Below, in pieces: positions 28,881 to 39,253 of a stretch of 64,000 bases of DNA. The notes beneath the pieces were generated by a model. It had not been told where the DNA came from, made no database searches, and saw nothing but the letters and a program-made list of their open reading frames with translations. Position 1 is the first letter of the stretch. Each line of letters opens with the position of its first letter. A program made the position numbers and the translations under genes. Source of the stretch: an uncultured Chloroflexia bacterium (lineage in GTDB: Bacteria > Chloroflexota > Dehalococcoidia > DSTF01 > JALHUB01); the NCBI GenBank assembly GCA_963703345.1, contig OY969814.1, forward strand, positions 864,001 through 928,000, given 5' to 3'.

Positions 28881-30173
28881 ATGCCTCTTCCTGCCGCAAG
28901 TCCCGTCTCGTCCCGTCGCCGCAGCTTTTTCATGCTGCCGGCGCTCCTTCTGGCCGTCCTCGCCGTGGCCTGCGGCGCGAAGGCGGCGAACAAGGACAAT
29001 ATCAGCAACCAGCCGCCGCGCACAGACGCCCTGTCGAAGATCGTCGTTCCCGCCGGGCAACCGCTGATTGTCGGCATCTCGGAGCCGCTCACCGGCTCGG
29101 AGAGCGCGGCCGGAATCGAAGAGCGCGACGCCGCCCTGACCAGCCTGATGCGCTGGAAGACGAAGAACGGCCGCCAGATAGCCGGTCACGAGATTCAGGT
29201 CCGCGTTGAGGACGATGGCTGCACCGATGGTGCCGTCGCCGTGCAGGCGGCAGAGCGGCTGCTGCGCACGCCCGGGCTTGTCGGCGTGCTGGGACCGAGC
29301 TGCAGCGCCGGCGCGAAGCAGGCGATACCGGCGTACGAAACCGGCGGCATCGTTGCCATCTCCGGCTCGGCAACCGAATCGGACCTGGCGGCGGGCCAAC
29401 CGTCCGGCGGTTTCTTTTTCCGCACGTCGTATCGCAGCGAGTTGCAGGGCCTCATCGGCGGCCAGTTCGTCGCCCAGACGCTGCAAGCCAAGACCGCCTA
29501 TCTCATCGACGACGGCGAATCGTACGGGCGGGACCTGGTCGAGGCGGCGCGTGGCGCGATGCAAGCCGGCGGCGTCAGCGTGACGCGGGAGAGCATCAGC
29601 CGCGTCACCGTCGACTTCAGCGCGCTGGCGAAGAAGATCGCCGCGGACAAGCCGGATTTCGTCGGCTTCGGCGGCTACAACCCGGAGGCGGTGCTCCTCT
29701 ACCGCCAGTTGCGCGACGCCGGCTATGAGGGCCCCTTCGGTGCCGGCGACGCGGCGGCAACGATATCGACGTTCGTGGAGCCCGTCGGCGCGCAGGCCGC
29801 AGAGGGCGTCTACTTCGTCGGCTGTCCGCTGACTCTTCCCGGCGACTTCCCGAAGGACTTCGAGAGCGTGCACGGCGGTCCGCCCGTCGCCTCCGCCTTC
29901 GTAGCCCAATACGCGGACGCCGCAACAATCCTGCTCGACGCCGTGTCGCAGGCCGCGCAGCAGCAGCCCGACGGCTCTCTGACCGTCGACCCCGCGACGC
30001 TGCGAGACGCCGTGCGCGAAACACGGCTGCTCGACGGCGTCTCCGGCCACGTCGCGTTTGACAGCAGCGGCGACCGCATCGGCGCCGGCGGCGGTCTGAA
30101 TGAGCAGGCGAAAGACCTCGGTCTCTCCGCCTGCCAGGTGCAGGGAGGAAAGCTCGTGAACCTGTTCCCCTAG
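28881..30173 (+). CDS. Branched-chain amino acid-type ABC substrate-binding lipoprotein
   Basis: Lipobox AVAC; PLTG, EDDGC, GVLGPSCS, ISGSAT, YG..L, GVSG.VAFD..GD. Confidence 0.85.
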   Translation: MPLPAASPVSSRRRSFFMLPALLLAVLAVACGAKAANKDNISNQPPRTDALSKIVVPAGQPLIVGISEPLTGSESAAGIEERDAALTSLMRWKTKNGRQIAGHEIQVRVEDDGCTDGAVAVQAAERLLRTPGLVGVLGPSCSAGAKQAIPAYETGGIVAISGSATESDLAAGQPSGGFFFRTSYRSELQGLIGGQFVAQTLQAKTAYLIDDGESYGRDLVEAARGAMQAGGVSVTRESISRVTVDFSALAKKIAADKPDFVGFGGYNPEAVLLYRQLRDAGYEGPFGAGDAAATISTFVEPVGAQAAEGVYFVGCPLTLPGDFPKDFESVHGGPPVASAFVAQYADAATILLDAVSQAAQQQPDGSLTVDPATLRDAVRETRLLDGVSGHVAFDSSGDRIGAGGGLNEQAKDLGLSACQVQGGKLVNLFP

Positions 30174-30195
30174 GGGCGGACAGGAAACGTCAGAG

Positions 30196-32493
30196 ATGAA
30201 GATAGCAGCCAATCCCGGTCCGGCAGACAAACCCTCGTACACGGCCCGGATCGCCTTGTGGAGTGCGCGCCACCGATGGCGTGTGGTCCTCGCCTGGCTC
30301 GTCATCGTCATTGCCGCGGTCGTGTGTACGTCGCTCGTCAAGACCAACACCGATCTCGAGCCGACAGCGCCGGGCGAAGCAGGCGCGGCGTTCAAACTAT
30401 TCCAACAGCGCTTCGGCGATGCCCAGGTCCCGACGCAAGAAGTCGTTGTCTTCTCGTCGACCAAGTACAAGGTCACCGACCCTATCTACCAGAGCACCGT
30501 TCAGGAGCTGATGGCGCAGCTTCTAGGCCTCCGCGAGACGCAGACGCAAATGCTCGGCGGGACGGAGGTCGTCTCCAGCACGCGCGTCGTCTCCAGCACG
30601 GTGACGCACTACGATATCGGCCTTCCTCGTGAGTCCTCGCCCTTTGTCGCGCCCCGAGACACTGGCGACGTAACCCTTGCCCTCGTAAGCCTTCAGGGGA
30701 CAGCGCTGACGGCTAAGGACCACGTACAGCCCGTGCTCGACGCCGTCAAGGCGGCGAACGCCTCGTCGAGCGGATTCAGCATCGTCAGCGGCGGGCCCGC
30801 CTCGATCAACAAAGAGATGGATACTGTCATCGCCCAGGACCTCTCCTTTGCTCTTGTCATGAACTTGACGGTGACGCTCGTCATCCTGCTCCTTGTCTTC
30901 CGCGCGCCGGTGGCCGCATTCATTCCACTGGCCCTGGCGCTGGCAGCCGTCATAACGGCCATGGCGGTCTTGAGCGTCATCAGCCAGGCGATGGCGTTGA
31001 GCTCGATTTACACGGAGGTGGTGCTCCTGATGGGCCTGGCGACAGGGATAGACTACGCTCTCTTTGTCGTCAGCCGCTTTCGGACGGAGCGACGGCGCGG
31101 CCGCTCCAAGGAAGAGGCGTTGCGCGCGGCCTCGGGCACTTCAGGGAAAGCCGTAGTCTTCGCCGGCTGCACCGTCGTCCTTGCCGTCGGCGGCATGTTC
31201 CTCGTCGGCGATTCAACGTTCAGCAGCCTCGGCCTGGCGGCGATCGTCGTCGTCGTGCTGGCGGTGCTCATCTCGGTGACGCTGCTGCCGGCATTGCTGA
31301 TGCTGCTCGCCAACCACATAGACCGCTTCAGCCTGCCGTTCCTCCGGAGCACGGGCGAAGGAGGCGGCGTCTGGGGCTTTATCACCGACCATGTGCTGCG
31401 ACGCCCGGTCGTGCTTGCGGTCGGCGTGCTGGCCGTGCTCATAGCCGTCGCTTCCCCGACGCTATCGCTCAACCTGGGCTTCAACGGCGCCAAGGGTCTT
31501 CCCGACGCCGTGGAGGCGAAGAAGGCATTGCTCGCGCTGCAGGACAACTTCACGCTGGGGCTCACCTCGCCGGCGCTGGTCGTCGTCGATGCGGGCAAGG
31601 ATCAGAACATTTACGCTTCCGACGTGCAGGACCGCGTGAACCGGCTGATCGACAGCGTGAAGAGCCAGTCGACGGCTTCGGCGGGTCCCGACGCACCCTA
31701 CGGCGCGCCCATCCAGACGAACATCAACGACGCTGGCGACACTGAGGCGATACGCATTCCCATCAACGCCGATACGGGTGAGCAGAAAGCGCTGGACGCC
31801 GTCGACAACCTGCGCCATAATCTCATACCGGCTGCGTTCAGCGGCAGCGTGGCTAAAGCGTCTGTGACCGGCGACAGCGCTGCCAACATCGACTTCCGTG
31901 ACAACATCATCTTTCGCACGCCGTTCGTGTTCGCCTTCGTCCTCGGGCTGGCCTTCATTATCCTGCTGCTGACCTTCCGGTCCATCGTCATCGCCGTCAA
32001 GGCGATTATCCTCAACCTCCTGTCGGTCGGCGCGACCTACGGGCTGCTGGTGCTGGTGTTCCAGAAGGGCTGGTTCCTGGAACGAGTCCTGAGCTACAAG
32101 GCGACCGGCATCATCGAGTCGTGGTTGCCGCTGTTCCTGTTCACGATTCTGTTCGGGCTGTCGATGGACTACCACATGTTCGTGCTCAGCCGCATAAAGG
32201 AGGCGCACGAGCGCGGCGCCAGCAGCGACGAGGCGGTCTCGATCGGCATCAAGGCGACGGCGGGAACGATCACCAGCGCGGCGATAATAATGGTCGCGGT
32301 CGCCATGATCTTCGCGTTCACGCGCTTCATCGGGCTCAAGCAGTTCGGCTTCGGGCTGGCGATTGCCATTCTGATCGACGCGACGGTCATCCGCTCCATC
32401 CTGCTGCCCGCGAGTATGAAGCTCCTAGGCGACTACAACTGGTACTTGCCGAAGTGGCTGGAGTGGCTTCCCCGCGTCCGCATGGCCGAATAG
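30196..32493 (+). CDS. MMPL/RND family transporter
   Basis: GIDYALFVVSRFR.E, SGKAVVFAG, LFGLSMDYHMFVLSRIKE, IDATVIR, WYLPKWL. Confidence 0.92.
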   Translation: MKIAANPGPADKPSYTARIALWSARHRWRVVLAWLVIVIAAVVCTSLVKTNTDLEPTAPGEAGAAFKLFQQRFGDAQVPTQEVVVFSSTKYKVTDPIYQSTVQELMAQLLGLRETQTQMLGGTEVVSSTRVVSSTVTHYDIGLPRESSPFVAPRDTGDVTLALVSLQGTALTAKDHVQPVLDAVKAANASSSGFSIVSGGPASINKEMDTVIAQDLSFALVMNLTVTLVILLLVFRAPVAAFIPLALALAAVITAMAVLSVISQAMALSSIYTEVVLLMGLATGIDYALFVVSRFRTERRRGRSKEEALRAASGTSGKAVVFAGCTVVLAVGGMFLVGDSTFSSLGLAAIVVVVLAVLISVTLLPALLMLLANHIDRFSLPFLRSTGEGGGVWGFITDHVLRRPVVLAVGVLAVLIAVASPTLSLNLGFNGAKGLPDAVEAKKALLALQDNFTLGLTSPALVVVDAGKDQNIYASDVQDRVNRLIDSVKSQSTASAGPDAPYGAPIQTNINDAGDTEAIRIPINADTGEQKALDAVDNLRHNLIPAAFSGSVAKASVTGDSAANIDFRDNIIFRTPFVFAFVLGLAFIILLLTFRSIVIAVKAIILNLLSVGATYGLLVLVFQKGWFLERVLSYKATGIIESWLPLFLFTILFGLSMDYHMFVLSRIKEAHERGASSDEAVSIGIKATAGTITSAAIIMVAVAMIFAFTRFIGLKQFGFGLAIAILIDATVIRSILLPASMKLLGDYNWYLPKWLEWLPRVRMAE

Positions 32494-32513
32494 GTGCGCG
32501 GCCCAGCCGGTGG

Positions 32514-34085
32514 CTAGTCGGCGGCCGCTTCGCCTTCCATCGGCGGTGCCTCCTCTTTCCCCACGTGGGCGTACTCGCGCAGGGGGATGTCCTGCAGCAG
32601 CCACGAGACCAGGAACGCCACGAACATCATCGGGACTGCCCAGAGGAAGACCGTATCCAGCGATAGGGAAAAGGCGTGAATGACGCCGGCATGGACCGCC
32701 GCCGGCAGAGCCTTGAGCTGCGCGGGACTGGCCGTCAGCATGTCGGGATTGAGCTGCCCGAGCACCTGCGGCGGGACGGTCTGCTTCAGCTCGGAAGTCA
32801 GCCGGTTGCTGAGGATGGCGCCGAAGATGGCGACGCCGAAGGCCGACCCCAGCGATCGGAACAGGTTGACGCTGGCGGTCCCCGCGCCCAGGTCCTTGTG
32901 CATCACGGCGTTCTGCACGGCCAGGATAGGCACCTGCATCACCATACCGAGGCCGATGCCGAGCACCGCCATGAAGAGCGCGGCATGAAGCGATGAAGTC
33001 GCATCGTTCATCCTCGAGAGCAGGTACATGCCGACGATCATGATCGCGGTGCCGATGATCGGGAACATCCGGTAGCGTCCGATCTTGCTGATGATTCGTC
33101 CGCCTCCCACCGCACCGAGGAGCACCGTCGCCATCAACGGCAGCATCGACAGCCCGGACAGCGTGGCGCTCGTGCCGCGCACGACCTGGAAGTAGATCGG
33201 CAGGTACGATACCGATCCCAGAAAACCGATGCCGACGATGAACGAAAGGGCGGTGGCTACGGCAAAGACCTTGTTCCGGAAAAGCCGTAGCGGCAGCAGG
33301 GGTTCCGACACCCGGGCTTCGTTCAGAAGGAAGAATCCGAGAAGGACGATGCCTACGACTCCGAGGCCGATTATCAACGGCGAGAGCCAGGCGTATTCGA
33401 TGCCCCCCAGGGACGTCAGCAACAGCAGCGCGCTGATACCCGAAACCATCAGCAGCGAGCCCGAGTAGTCGATGCGCTGTTCGAAGCGGCGGACGGGCAT
33501 CCGCAGGACAAAGGACGTCACTATCAGCGCCATTATACCGATGGGAAGGTTCACATAGAACACCCAGCGCCAGGTGAGGTTGTCGGTAAAGAAGCCGCCG
33601 ATGAGCGGGCCGGCGACGGCAGCGACCGCGAATATCGAACCCATGTAGCCCTGGTAGCGACCCCTTTCCCGAGGGGCGATGATATCGCCGACGATCGTCT
33701 GCGACAGGATCATGATGCCGCCGGCGCCGAGGCCCTGGATGCCACGGCAGGCGATTAGCTCTGCCATGTTCTGCGATAGGCCGCATAGCAATGAGCCGAT
33801 GAGAAAGACCACTATCGCCGCCTGGAAGAGGATCTTCCGGCCGTATAGATCGCTCAGCTTGCCATAGAGCGGCATGGAGGCGGTCGAGGTCAGGAGGTAG
33901 GCGGTGATGACCCAGGAAAGGTGCTCCAGCCCGCCCAATTCGCCGACGATGGTGGGCATGGCGGTGGCGACGACCGTCTGGTCGAGGGAAGACACCAGCA
34001 TCCCGGCCATCAGACCGAGGAAGACGATCTGTATCTGTCGGTGCGAAAGCTGCACCGGGGGCCGAAACTCGCCGTTCCCGTTCAT
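32514..34085 (-). CDS. DHA2 (EmrB/QacA) MDR MFS transporter
   Basis: SLDQTVVATAMP, YGKLSDLYGRK, RGIQGLGAGG, WRWVFYVNLPIG. Confidence 0.92.
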   Translation of the reverse strand: MNGNGEFRPPVQLSHRQIQIVFLGLMAGMLVSSLDQTVVATAMPTIVGELGGLEHLSWVITAYLLTSTASMPLYGKLSDLYGRKILFQAAIVVFLIGSLLCGLSQNMAELIACRGIQGLGAGGIMILSQTIVGDIIAPRERGRYQGYMGSIFAVAAVAGPLIGGFFTDNLTWRWVFYVNLPIGIMALIVTSFVLRMPVRRFEQRIDYSGSLLMVSGISALLLLTSLGGIEYAWLSPLIIGLGVVGIVLLGFFLLNEARVSEPLLPLRLFRNKVFAVATALSFIVGIGFLGSVSYLPIYFQVVRGTSATLSGLSMLPLMATVLLGAVGGGRIISKIGRYRMFPIIGTAIMIVGMYLLSRMNDATSSLHAALFMAVLGIGLGMVMQVPILAVQNAVMHKDLGAGTASVNLFRSLGSAFGVAIFGAILSNRLTSELKQTVPPQVLGQLNPDMLTASPAQLKALPAAVHAGVIHAFSLSLDTVFLWAVPMMFVAFLVSWLLQDIPLREYAHVGKEEAPPMEGEAAAD

Positions 34086-34247
34086 TTGCTGTCTGCCACG
34101 CCTATCGAGAGTCTGCGCCGTCGCACAAAAGTACCATGCGTCGATTCTTCATGGAACAGCTTCTACTTTATGTCGGCCGCGTGATTGAGGCAACACGGTC
34201 GAGCGATTGACCGGGCCTCGCGGCGATGATAACTTCATAGCTTGAAA

Positions 34248-35936
34248 ATGGACAGCATACGAGACGGAAACGTGCCCGCGCTCGACGCCGGAGCGGCGCC
34301 GGAAGGCCAACGCGAGGAGCTGGCGAGGGTCCTGCCGTTTCTCTACGCCGTTCGCTGGGGAGCCTGGGCCATAGCCTGGATCGTCATCTGGGTCGGCCAC
34401 CTGTCGAAGGACAACGGCGCCCACGAGCCCGTTCTCCTCGGCGTCACCTTCGTCCAGATCCTGGCCGCGACGCTCTACGTCCCGCTGCTGCGCTCGCGCG
34501 TGCGAGAGGCCTGGGGCAGGCGCTGGGGCCCCCGCGACGACCTCATCGTCATCGGGCTGGCGGACATCGCGCTGGTGCTGGTCGTCATCTACTTCAGCGG
34601 CGGCTGGAGCAGCCCCTACTACCACTACGCCCTTGCTTCGCTGCTCGTGCCGGCGTTCCTCGTCGGCTGGCGGCGCTCCGCGCTGCTGCTGGTCGGCTTC
34701 CTCGGCGCCTACTTCGCCGTGCTGATGACCGCTGGCAGAGGCCTCGACGGCACGTGGGTCAACGAGAGCATCGCGGCGATAATCCTCACGCCCGCGCTCG
34801 TGGTCGTCGTCGTGCAGTACATGGCGCAACTGGTGCGTCGGCTCGACGAGCGGCGCGAGCAGGCGCAGGCGGCGCTTCGCGAGACGTCGGCGCTCTACAA
34901 AGTCGCGCAGACGGTCGCCGGCGTCGACCAGCCGGAGGCCCTGCTGGAACGCGTCGTCGAAAGCCTGCAAGCGCTGGCGCGATTCCGCGGCCTGGCCGTC
35001 TTCGGCCTGAAGGAAGACGGGCGCCTCTCGCAGGAGGTTGGATTCGGCGAGACGGAGGTCACGCAGTCCTCCCTTTCGCCGGACGAGCGGCAGGCGCTGG
35101 CATCGGCGGAGGGCGTCATACGGCTGGAGGCGCGACAGGGCGCGACGACGGCGCTGGCGGTGCCGCTGCACGTCCAGGAGTGGCTCTGGGGCGTCGTTGT
35201 CTTCAGCAGCCGCGGCGCTGGGCCCGCGGATCTGCGTCTGGTGCAGACGGTCGCCGGCCAGCTTTCGCTTGGGCTTACGAAGATCGCGCTCAGCCGACAG
35301 AAGGAGGAACTGGCGGCCCAGGAGGAGCGAAGCCGCATCGCCAGGGAGATCCACGACGGCATAGCGCAGTCGATCTATATGCTGTCGCTCAACCTGGAGA
35401 AGGCGGCGGAAGTGGCGCGCGACGACGAGCGCTTGGGACAGCGCCTGGGAGGGCTTGTCGGCCTGGCGAAGGAAGCGCTGCTGGAGGTGCGTCACTACAT
35501 CTTCGACCTCAAGCCGCTGCTCGCCGGCGACGCGAGCCTTGCCGGCACAATCCGCGCCCAGATGCGCGAGTTCAGCGCGGTGTCCGGCCTCCCCGTCGAT
35601 CTGCGCCTTGACGGGACGGAGCGGACGGTCTCGCCGGCCGTCGGCAGCGCTCTCTATCGCATCACCCAGGAGGCGCTGGCCAACGTCTTCCGCCACGCCG
35701 GCGCGAAAAGCATCGAGGCGCGGCTGGCGTTCAACGGCGACGGCCTCTTGCTGGAGATAAAGGACGACGGCCGCGGCTTCGGCGTGGCCGGGGACAGCGC
35801 AGCATCGCAAGGACGCGGGCTGCGCAACATCCATCAACGCGCGACGGAAGCCGGGGGCGCGGCGGAGATACTGAGCACGCCGGGCCGGGGCACCACCGTC
35901 AGGGTCAATCTGCCGCTTGGAGGTAGGATGCCATGA
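34248..35936 (+). CDS. Membrane GAF-containing sensor histidine kinase (HisKA_3, NarX-like)
   Basis: N-terminal TM bundle, GAF-like segment, ERSRIAREIHD, QEALANV.RHA, DDGRGF, G.GL. Confidence 0.9.
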   Translation: MDSIRDGNVPALDAGAAPEGQREELARVLPFLYAVRWGAWAIAWIVIWVGHLSKDNGAHEPVLLGVTFVQILAATLYVPLLRSRVREAWGRRWGPRDDLIVIGLADIALVLVVIYFSGGWSSPYYHYALASLLVPAFLVGWRRSALLLVGFLGAYFAVLMTAGRGLDGTWVNESIAAIILTPALVVVVVQYMAQLVRRLDERREQAQAALRETSALYKVAQTVAGVDQPEALLERVVESLQALARFRGLAVFGLKEDGRLSQEVGFGETEVTQSSLSPDERQALASAEGVIRLEARQGATTALAVPLHVQEWLWGVVVFSSRGAGPADLRLVQTVAGQLSLGLTKIALSRQKEELAAQEERSRIAREIHDGIAQSIYMLSLNLEKAAEVARDDERLGQRLGGLVGLAKEALLEVRHYIFDLKPLLAGDASLAGTIRAQMREFSAVSGLPVDLRLDGTERTVSPAVGSALYRITQEALANVFRHAGAKSIEARLAFNGDGLLLEIKDDGRGFGVAGDSAASQGRGLRNIHQRATEAGGAAEILSTPGRGTTVRVNLPLGGRMP

Positions 35937-36610
35937 GCGACATCAATCTGCGTGTGCTTCTCGTCGACGATCACGCCATCGTCCGCAAAGGATTACAGGC
36001 GGTGCTGGCCGACGAAGAGGGGATCGAAGTCGTCGGCGAAGCGGCGAACGCGGGCGAGTCCGTTGACAAGGCGCGGGTGCTGCGGCCGGACGTTGTCCTG
36101 ATGGACATCCGCATGGGCGACGGCGACGACGCCAGCGGCATCGACGCCTGCCGGCGCATCCGCAGCGAGCTCGCGGAGACGCAAGTCATCATGTTCACCT
36201 CGTTTGGTGAGCGCGAGGCCGTCCTGTCGTCCATCGTCGCCGGCGCCACCGGCTTCCTGACCAAGAACGTCAGTCACGCGCGCCTCGTGGAAGCGATTCG
36301 CGCCGCCGGCCGCGGCGAGTCGCTCCTCGACCCCAGCGTCACCCGCGACGTGATCAACTCGCTCGCAAAGCTGAGCAAGACGCCCGCGAAGACCGACGAC
36401 GACCTTTCCCAGCGGGAGAAAGAGGTGCTGTCGCTGATAGCGCAGGGCTACACCAACAAAGAGATAGCGGCCAAGCTGATGGTCAGCCCGTTCACGGCAC
36501 GGAACCACGTGATCCGCATCCTCGACAAGATGGGGCTGTCGCGCCGCTCTGAGGCGGCGGCCGAGGCGGTGAAGCTGGGCATCGTCCCCGCCGAAGAGGA
36601 GGCAGGCTAA
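35933..36610 (+). CDS. NarL/LuxR family response regulator
   Basis: VDDH, DVVLMDIRM, LSQREKEVL, G.TNKEIA HTH; ATGA overlap with the kinase. Confidence 0.93.
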   Translation: MSDINLRVLLVDDHAIVRKGLQAVLADEEGIEVVGEAANAGESVDKARVLRPDVVLMDIRMGDGDDASGIDACRRIRSELAETQVIMFTSFGEREAVLSSIVAGATGFLTKNVSHARLVEAIRAAGRGESLLDPSVTRDVINSLAKLSKTPAKTDDDLSQREKEVLSLIAQGYTNKEIAAKLMVSPFTARNHVIRILDKMGLSRRSEAAAEAVKLGIVPAEEEAG

Positions 36611-36677
36611 TCCTCCCAGGCCATCCGAGGCCGTCGTCGTCCAATCAAACGCCCATCGTCCCCTCATAGCCGAAGCA

Positions 36678-36687
36678 GTGGTAGAAT
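36678..36687 (+). promoter_or_regulatory. Extended -10 promoter for the pentose-phosphate operon
   Basis: GTGGTAGAAT about 80 bp upstream of tkt. Confidence 0.5.
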
Positions 36688-36767
36688 TATCTTGACAGGC
36701 CCGCCTGTCCGGCGACGAGGCGTCGCTTCGGATGCCAATCCCCATCAGTCTCAGGGAGGAGACGCCG

Positions 36768-38807
36768 TTGACGGAAGACCCCAGCATGGAGCTCAGGCCG
36801 GACGTCACAGTCCGCGCTCACGACGCCGCGAAGCACGGCCATCCCGCCAGCCAGATCGACCAGCTCTGCATCAACACCATCCGCACGCTCGCCATGGACG
36901 CGGTGCAGAAGGCGAACTCCGGCCACCCGGGCACGCCGATGGGACTGGCGCCGCTCGCCTACGTCCTCTGGCGCAAGTATCTGCGATACAATCCGCGCAA
37001 TCCCGCCTGGCCGAACCGCGACCGCTTCGTCCTCTCCGCCGGGCACGCGTCGATGCTGCTGTATTCTCTCCTCTATCTCACGGGCTACGACCTGACGCTC
37101 GACGACATCAAGCAGTTCCGCCAGTGGGACTCGAAGACGCCGGGCCACCCGGAGCGCGGCCGCACGCCGGGCGTGGAAGTGACCACCGGACCGCTGGGAC
37201 AGGGCATATCCAACGCCGTCGGCTTCGCAATTGCGGAGCACATGCTGGCGGAGCGCTTCAACCGCCCGGACGGCGAGATCGTCGACCACTACACCTACGT
37301 CATCGCCAGCGACGGCGACATGATGGAGGGCGTCTCGTCCGAAGTCTGTTCGCTGGCGGGCGGCATGCGCCTGGGCAAGCTCATCGTCTTCTACGACGAC
37401 AACCACATCACCATCGAGGGCTCGACCGACCTGGCGTTCCTGGAGAGCGTTGGCGACCGGTTTCGCGCCTACGGCTGGCACGTCCTGGAGCTCCCCGACG
37501 GCAACGACCTGGAGGCGATTGACAGCGTCATCGCCGAGGCTCGCGCCGAGCGGGAAAGGCCGGTGCTCGTCGTCGTCCGCACACACATCGCCTATGGCTC
37601 GCCGAATAAGCAGGACACGGCGGCGGCGCACGGGGCTCCGTTGGGCGAGGAAGAGGTGCGGCTGACGAAGAAGAACCTCGGCTGGCCGTATGAAGAGCCC
37701 TTCACGGTGCCGGACGAAGTGCTCGCCGTCTTCCGCGAGGCCGTCGAGAAAGGGCTCGTGGCCGAAGAGGCGTGGCGACGGCTGTTCGACGAATACAACG
37801 TCACTCATCCCGAGGAAGCGGCGGAGTTCCAGCGAGTACTCTCGCGCCGCCTTCCCGACGGCTGGGAGAAGGCGCTGCCGTCCTTCAACGAAGGCGAGAA
37901 GATGGCGACGCGCTCGGCTTCCGGCGCCGTGCTCAACGCCCTCGCTCCCCTCATGCCCGAGCTCGTCGGCGGCTCCGCGGATCTTGCGCCTTCCACCGAC
38001 ACGTACCTGAAGGGCTACGCCGACGTCATGAGCGGCAGCTTCTCCGGGCGCAACTTCCACTTCGGTGTGCGGGAGCATGCGATGGCGGCCGTGCTCAACG
38101 GCATGGCGGCCCATAGCGGCTTTCGCGTCTACGGCGGCACCTTCCTCATCTTCTCCGACTACATGCGTCCGGCGATCCGGCTGGCGGCGCTGCAGTCGCT
38201 GCCGGTCGTCTTCGTCTACAGCCACGACTCCATCGGCCTCGGCGAGGACGGACCGACGCATCAGCCGATAGAGCACCTGGCCAGCCTCCGCGCCATACCA
38301 AACCTGCTGCTGCTGCGACCCGCCGACGCCAACGAGACGGTCTCTGCTTGGCGGCTGGCGCTGGAGCGTGACGACGGCCCGACGGCGCTGATCCTGACGC
38401 GTCAGAAGCTGCCGGTGCTCCGGCCCGGCGGCGCCGTGGAGCGTGGCGCCTATGTGATGGAGGACGGCTCGGGTGTCGTGCTCATCGGTACCGGCTCCGA
38501 AGTGTGGCTCTGCCTGGCGGCGCGAAGGTTGCTCGCCGAGGAGGGCATCTCGGCGCGCGTCGTTTCCATGCCTTCGTGGAAGCTCTTCCGGGAGCAGCCG
38601 TCGGCCTACCGCGACGCGGTGCTGCCACCGGGCGTGCCGCGTCTCGCCGTCGAGGCGGCGGCGACGTTCGGCTGGCGCGAGTGGGCGGACGACGTGATAG
38701 GAATCGATCATTTCGGCGAGTCGGCGCCGGGAGAGGTGCTGTTCGAGAAGTTCGGCTTCACGCCGGAGAACGTCGCCGCGCGGGCGAAGAAGCTGGTGCG
38801 ACGATGA
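36768..38807 (+). CDS. tkt: Transketolase
   Basis: [47 protein letters not shown]. Confidence 0.96.
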   Translation: MTEDPSMELRPDVTVRAHDAAKHGHPASQIDQLCINTIRTLAMDAVQKANSGHPGTPMGLAPLAYVLWRKYLRYNPRNPAWPNRDRFVLSAGHASMLLYSLLYLTGYDLTLDDIKQFRQWDSKTPGHPERGRTPGVEVTTGPLGQGISNAVGFAIAEHMLAERFNRPDGEIVDHYTYVIASDGDMMEGVSSEVCSLAGGMRLGKLIVFYDDNHITIEGSTDLAFLESVGDRFRAYGWHVLELPDGNDLEAIDSVIAEARAERERPVLVVVRTHIAYGSPNKQDTAAAHGAPLGEEEVRLTKKNLGWPYEEPFTVPDEVLAVFREAVEKGLVAEEAWRRLFDEYNVTHPEEAAEFQRVLSRRLPDGWEKALPSFNEGEKMATRSASGAVLNALAPLMPELVGGSADLAPSTDTYLKGYADVMSGSFSGRNFHFGVREHAMAAVLNGMAAHSGFRVYGGTFLIFSDYMRPAIRLAALQSLPVVFVYSHDSIGLGEDGPTHQPIEHLASLRAIPNLLLLRPADANETVSAWRLALERDDGPTALILTRQKLPVLRPGGAVERGAYVMEDGSGVVLIGTGSEVWLCLAARRLLAEEGISARVVSMPSWKLFREQPSAYRDAVLPPGVPRLAVEAAATFGWREWADDVIGIDHFGESAPGEVLFEKFGFTPENVAARAKKLVRR

Positions 38808-39253
38808 GAGTCGCCGTTGCTGCCGACCACGGTGGATTCGAGCTGAAGCAGCGTCTGGCCGCGTCCCTGCGCGATTGGGGCCATGACGTGCTGGACCTAG
38901 GCACCGATTCGCTCCAGCCCGTTGACTACCCGGACTTCGCGCTTGCCCTCGGGCGCGCCGTCATTGATGGACGCGCCGAACGCGGCGTCCTCGTCTGCGG
39001 CTCGGGTGCCGGCGCCGCCGTTGCCGCCAATAAGATACGGGGAATCCGCGCCGCCCTCGCCCATGACTGCTACACGGCGCATCAGATGGTGGAGCACGAC
39101 GACGTCAACGTCTGCTGCCTGGGAGCGCGTGTCATCGGGCCGGAGCTTGCCGTCGAGATCGTGCGCACCTTCATAGGCGCCACATTCAGCGGCGAGGAGC
39201 GGCACGTGCGAAGGCTGGCAAAGGTTGCGGCTATGGAGAAGGATAAGCTATGA
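38804..39253 (+). CDS. rpiB: Ribose-5-phosphate isomerase B
   Basis: AADHGG, DYPD, CGSGAG, ANK, RH.RR. Confidence 0.95.
   Translation: MRVAVAADHGGFELKQRLAASLRDWGHDVLDLGTDSLQPVDYPDFALALGRAVIDGRAERGVLVCGSGAGAAVAANKIRGIRAALAHDCYTAHQMVEHDDVNVCCLGARVIGPELAVEIVRTFIGATFSGEERHVRRLAKVAAMEKDKL

Noticed and set aside
36687-38711. Long antisense ORFs (674 aa here; also 15705-17561, 28854-30476, 34149-35837, 49373-50887 and others)
   Set aside because: They are shadows of well-supported genes on the opposite strand, expected at high GC, and carry no recognisable motifs.
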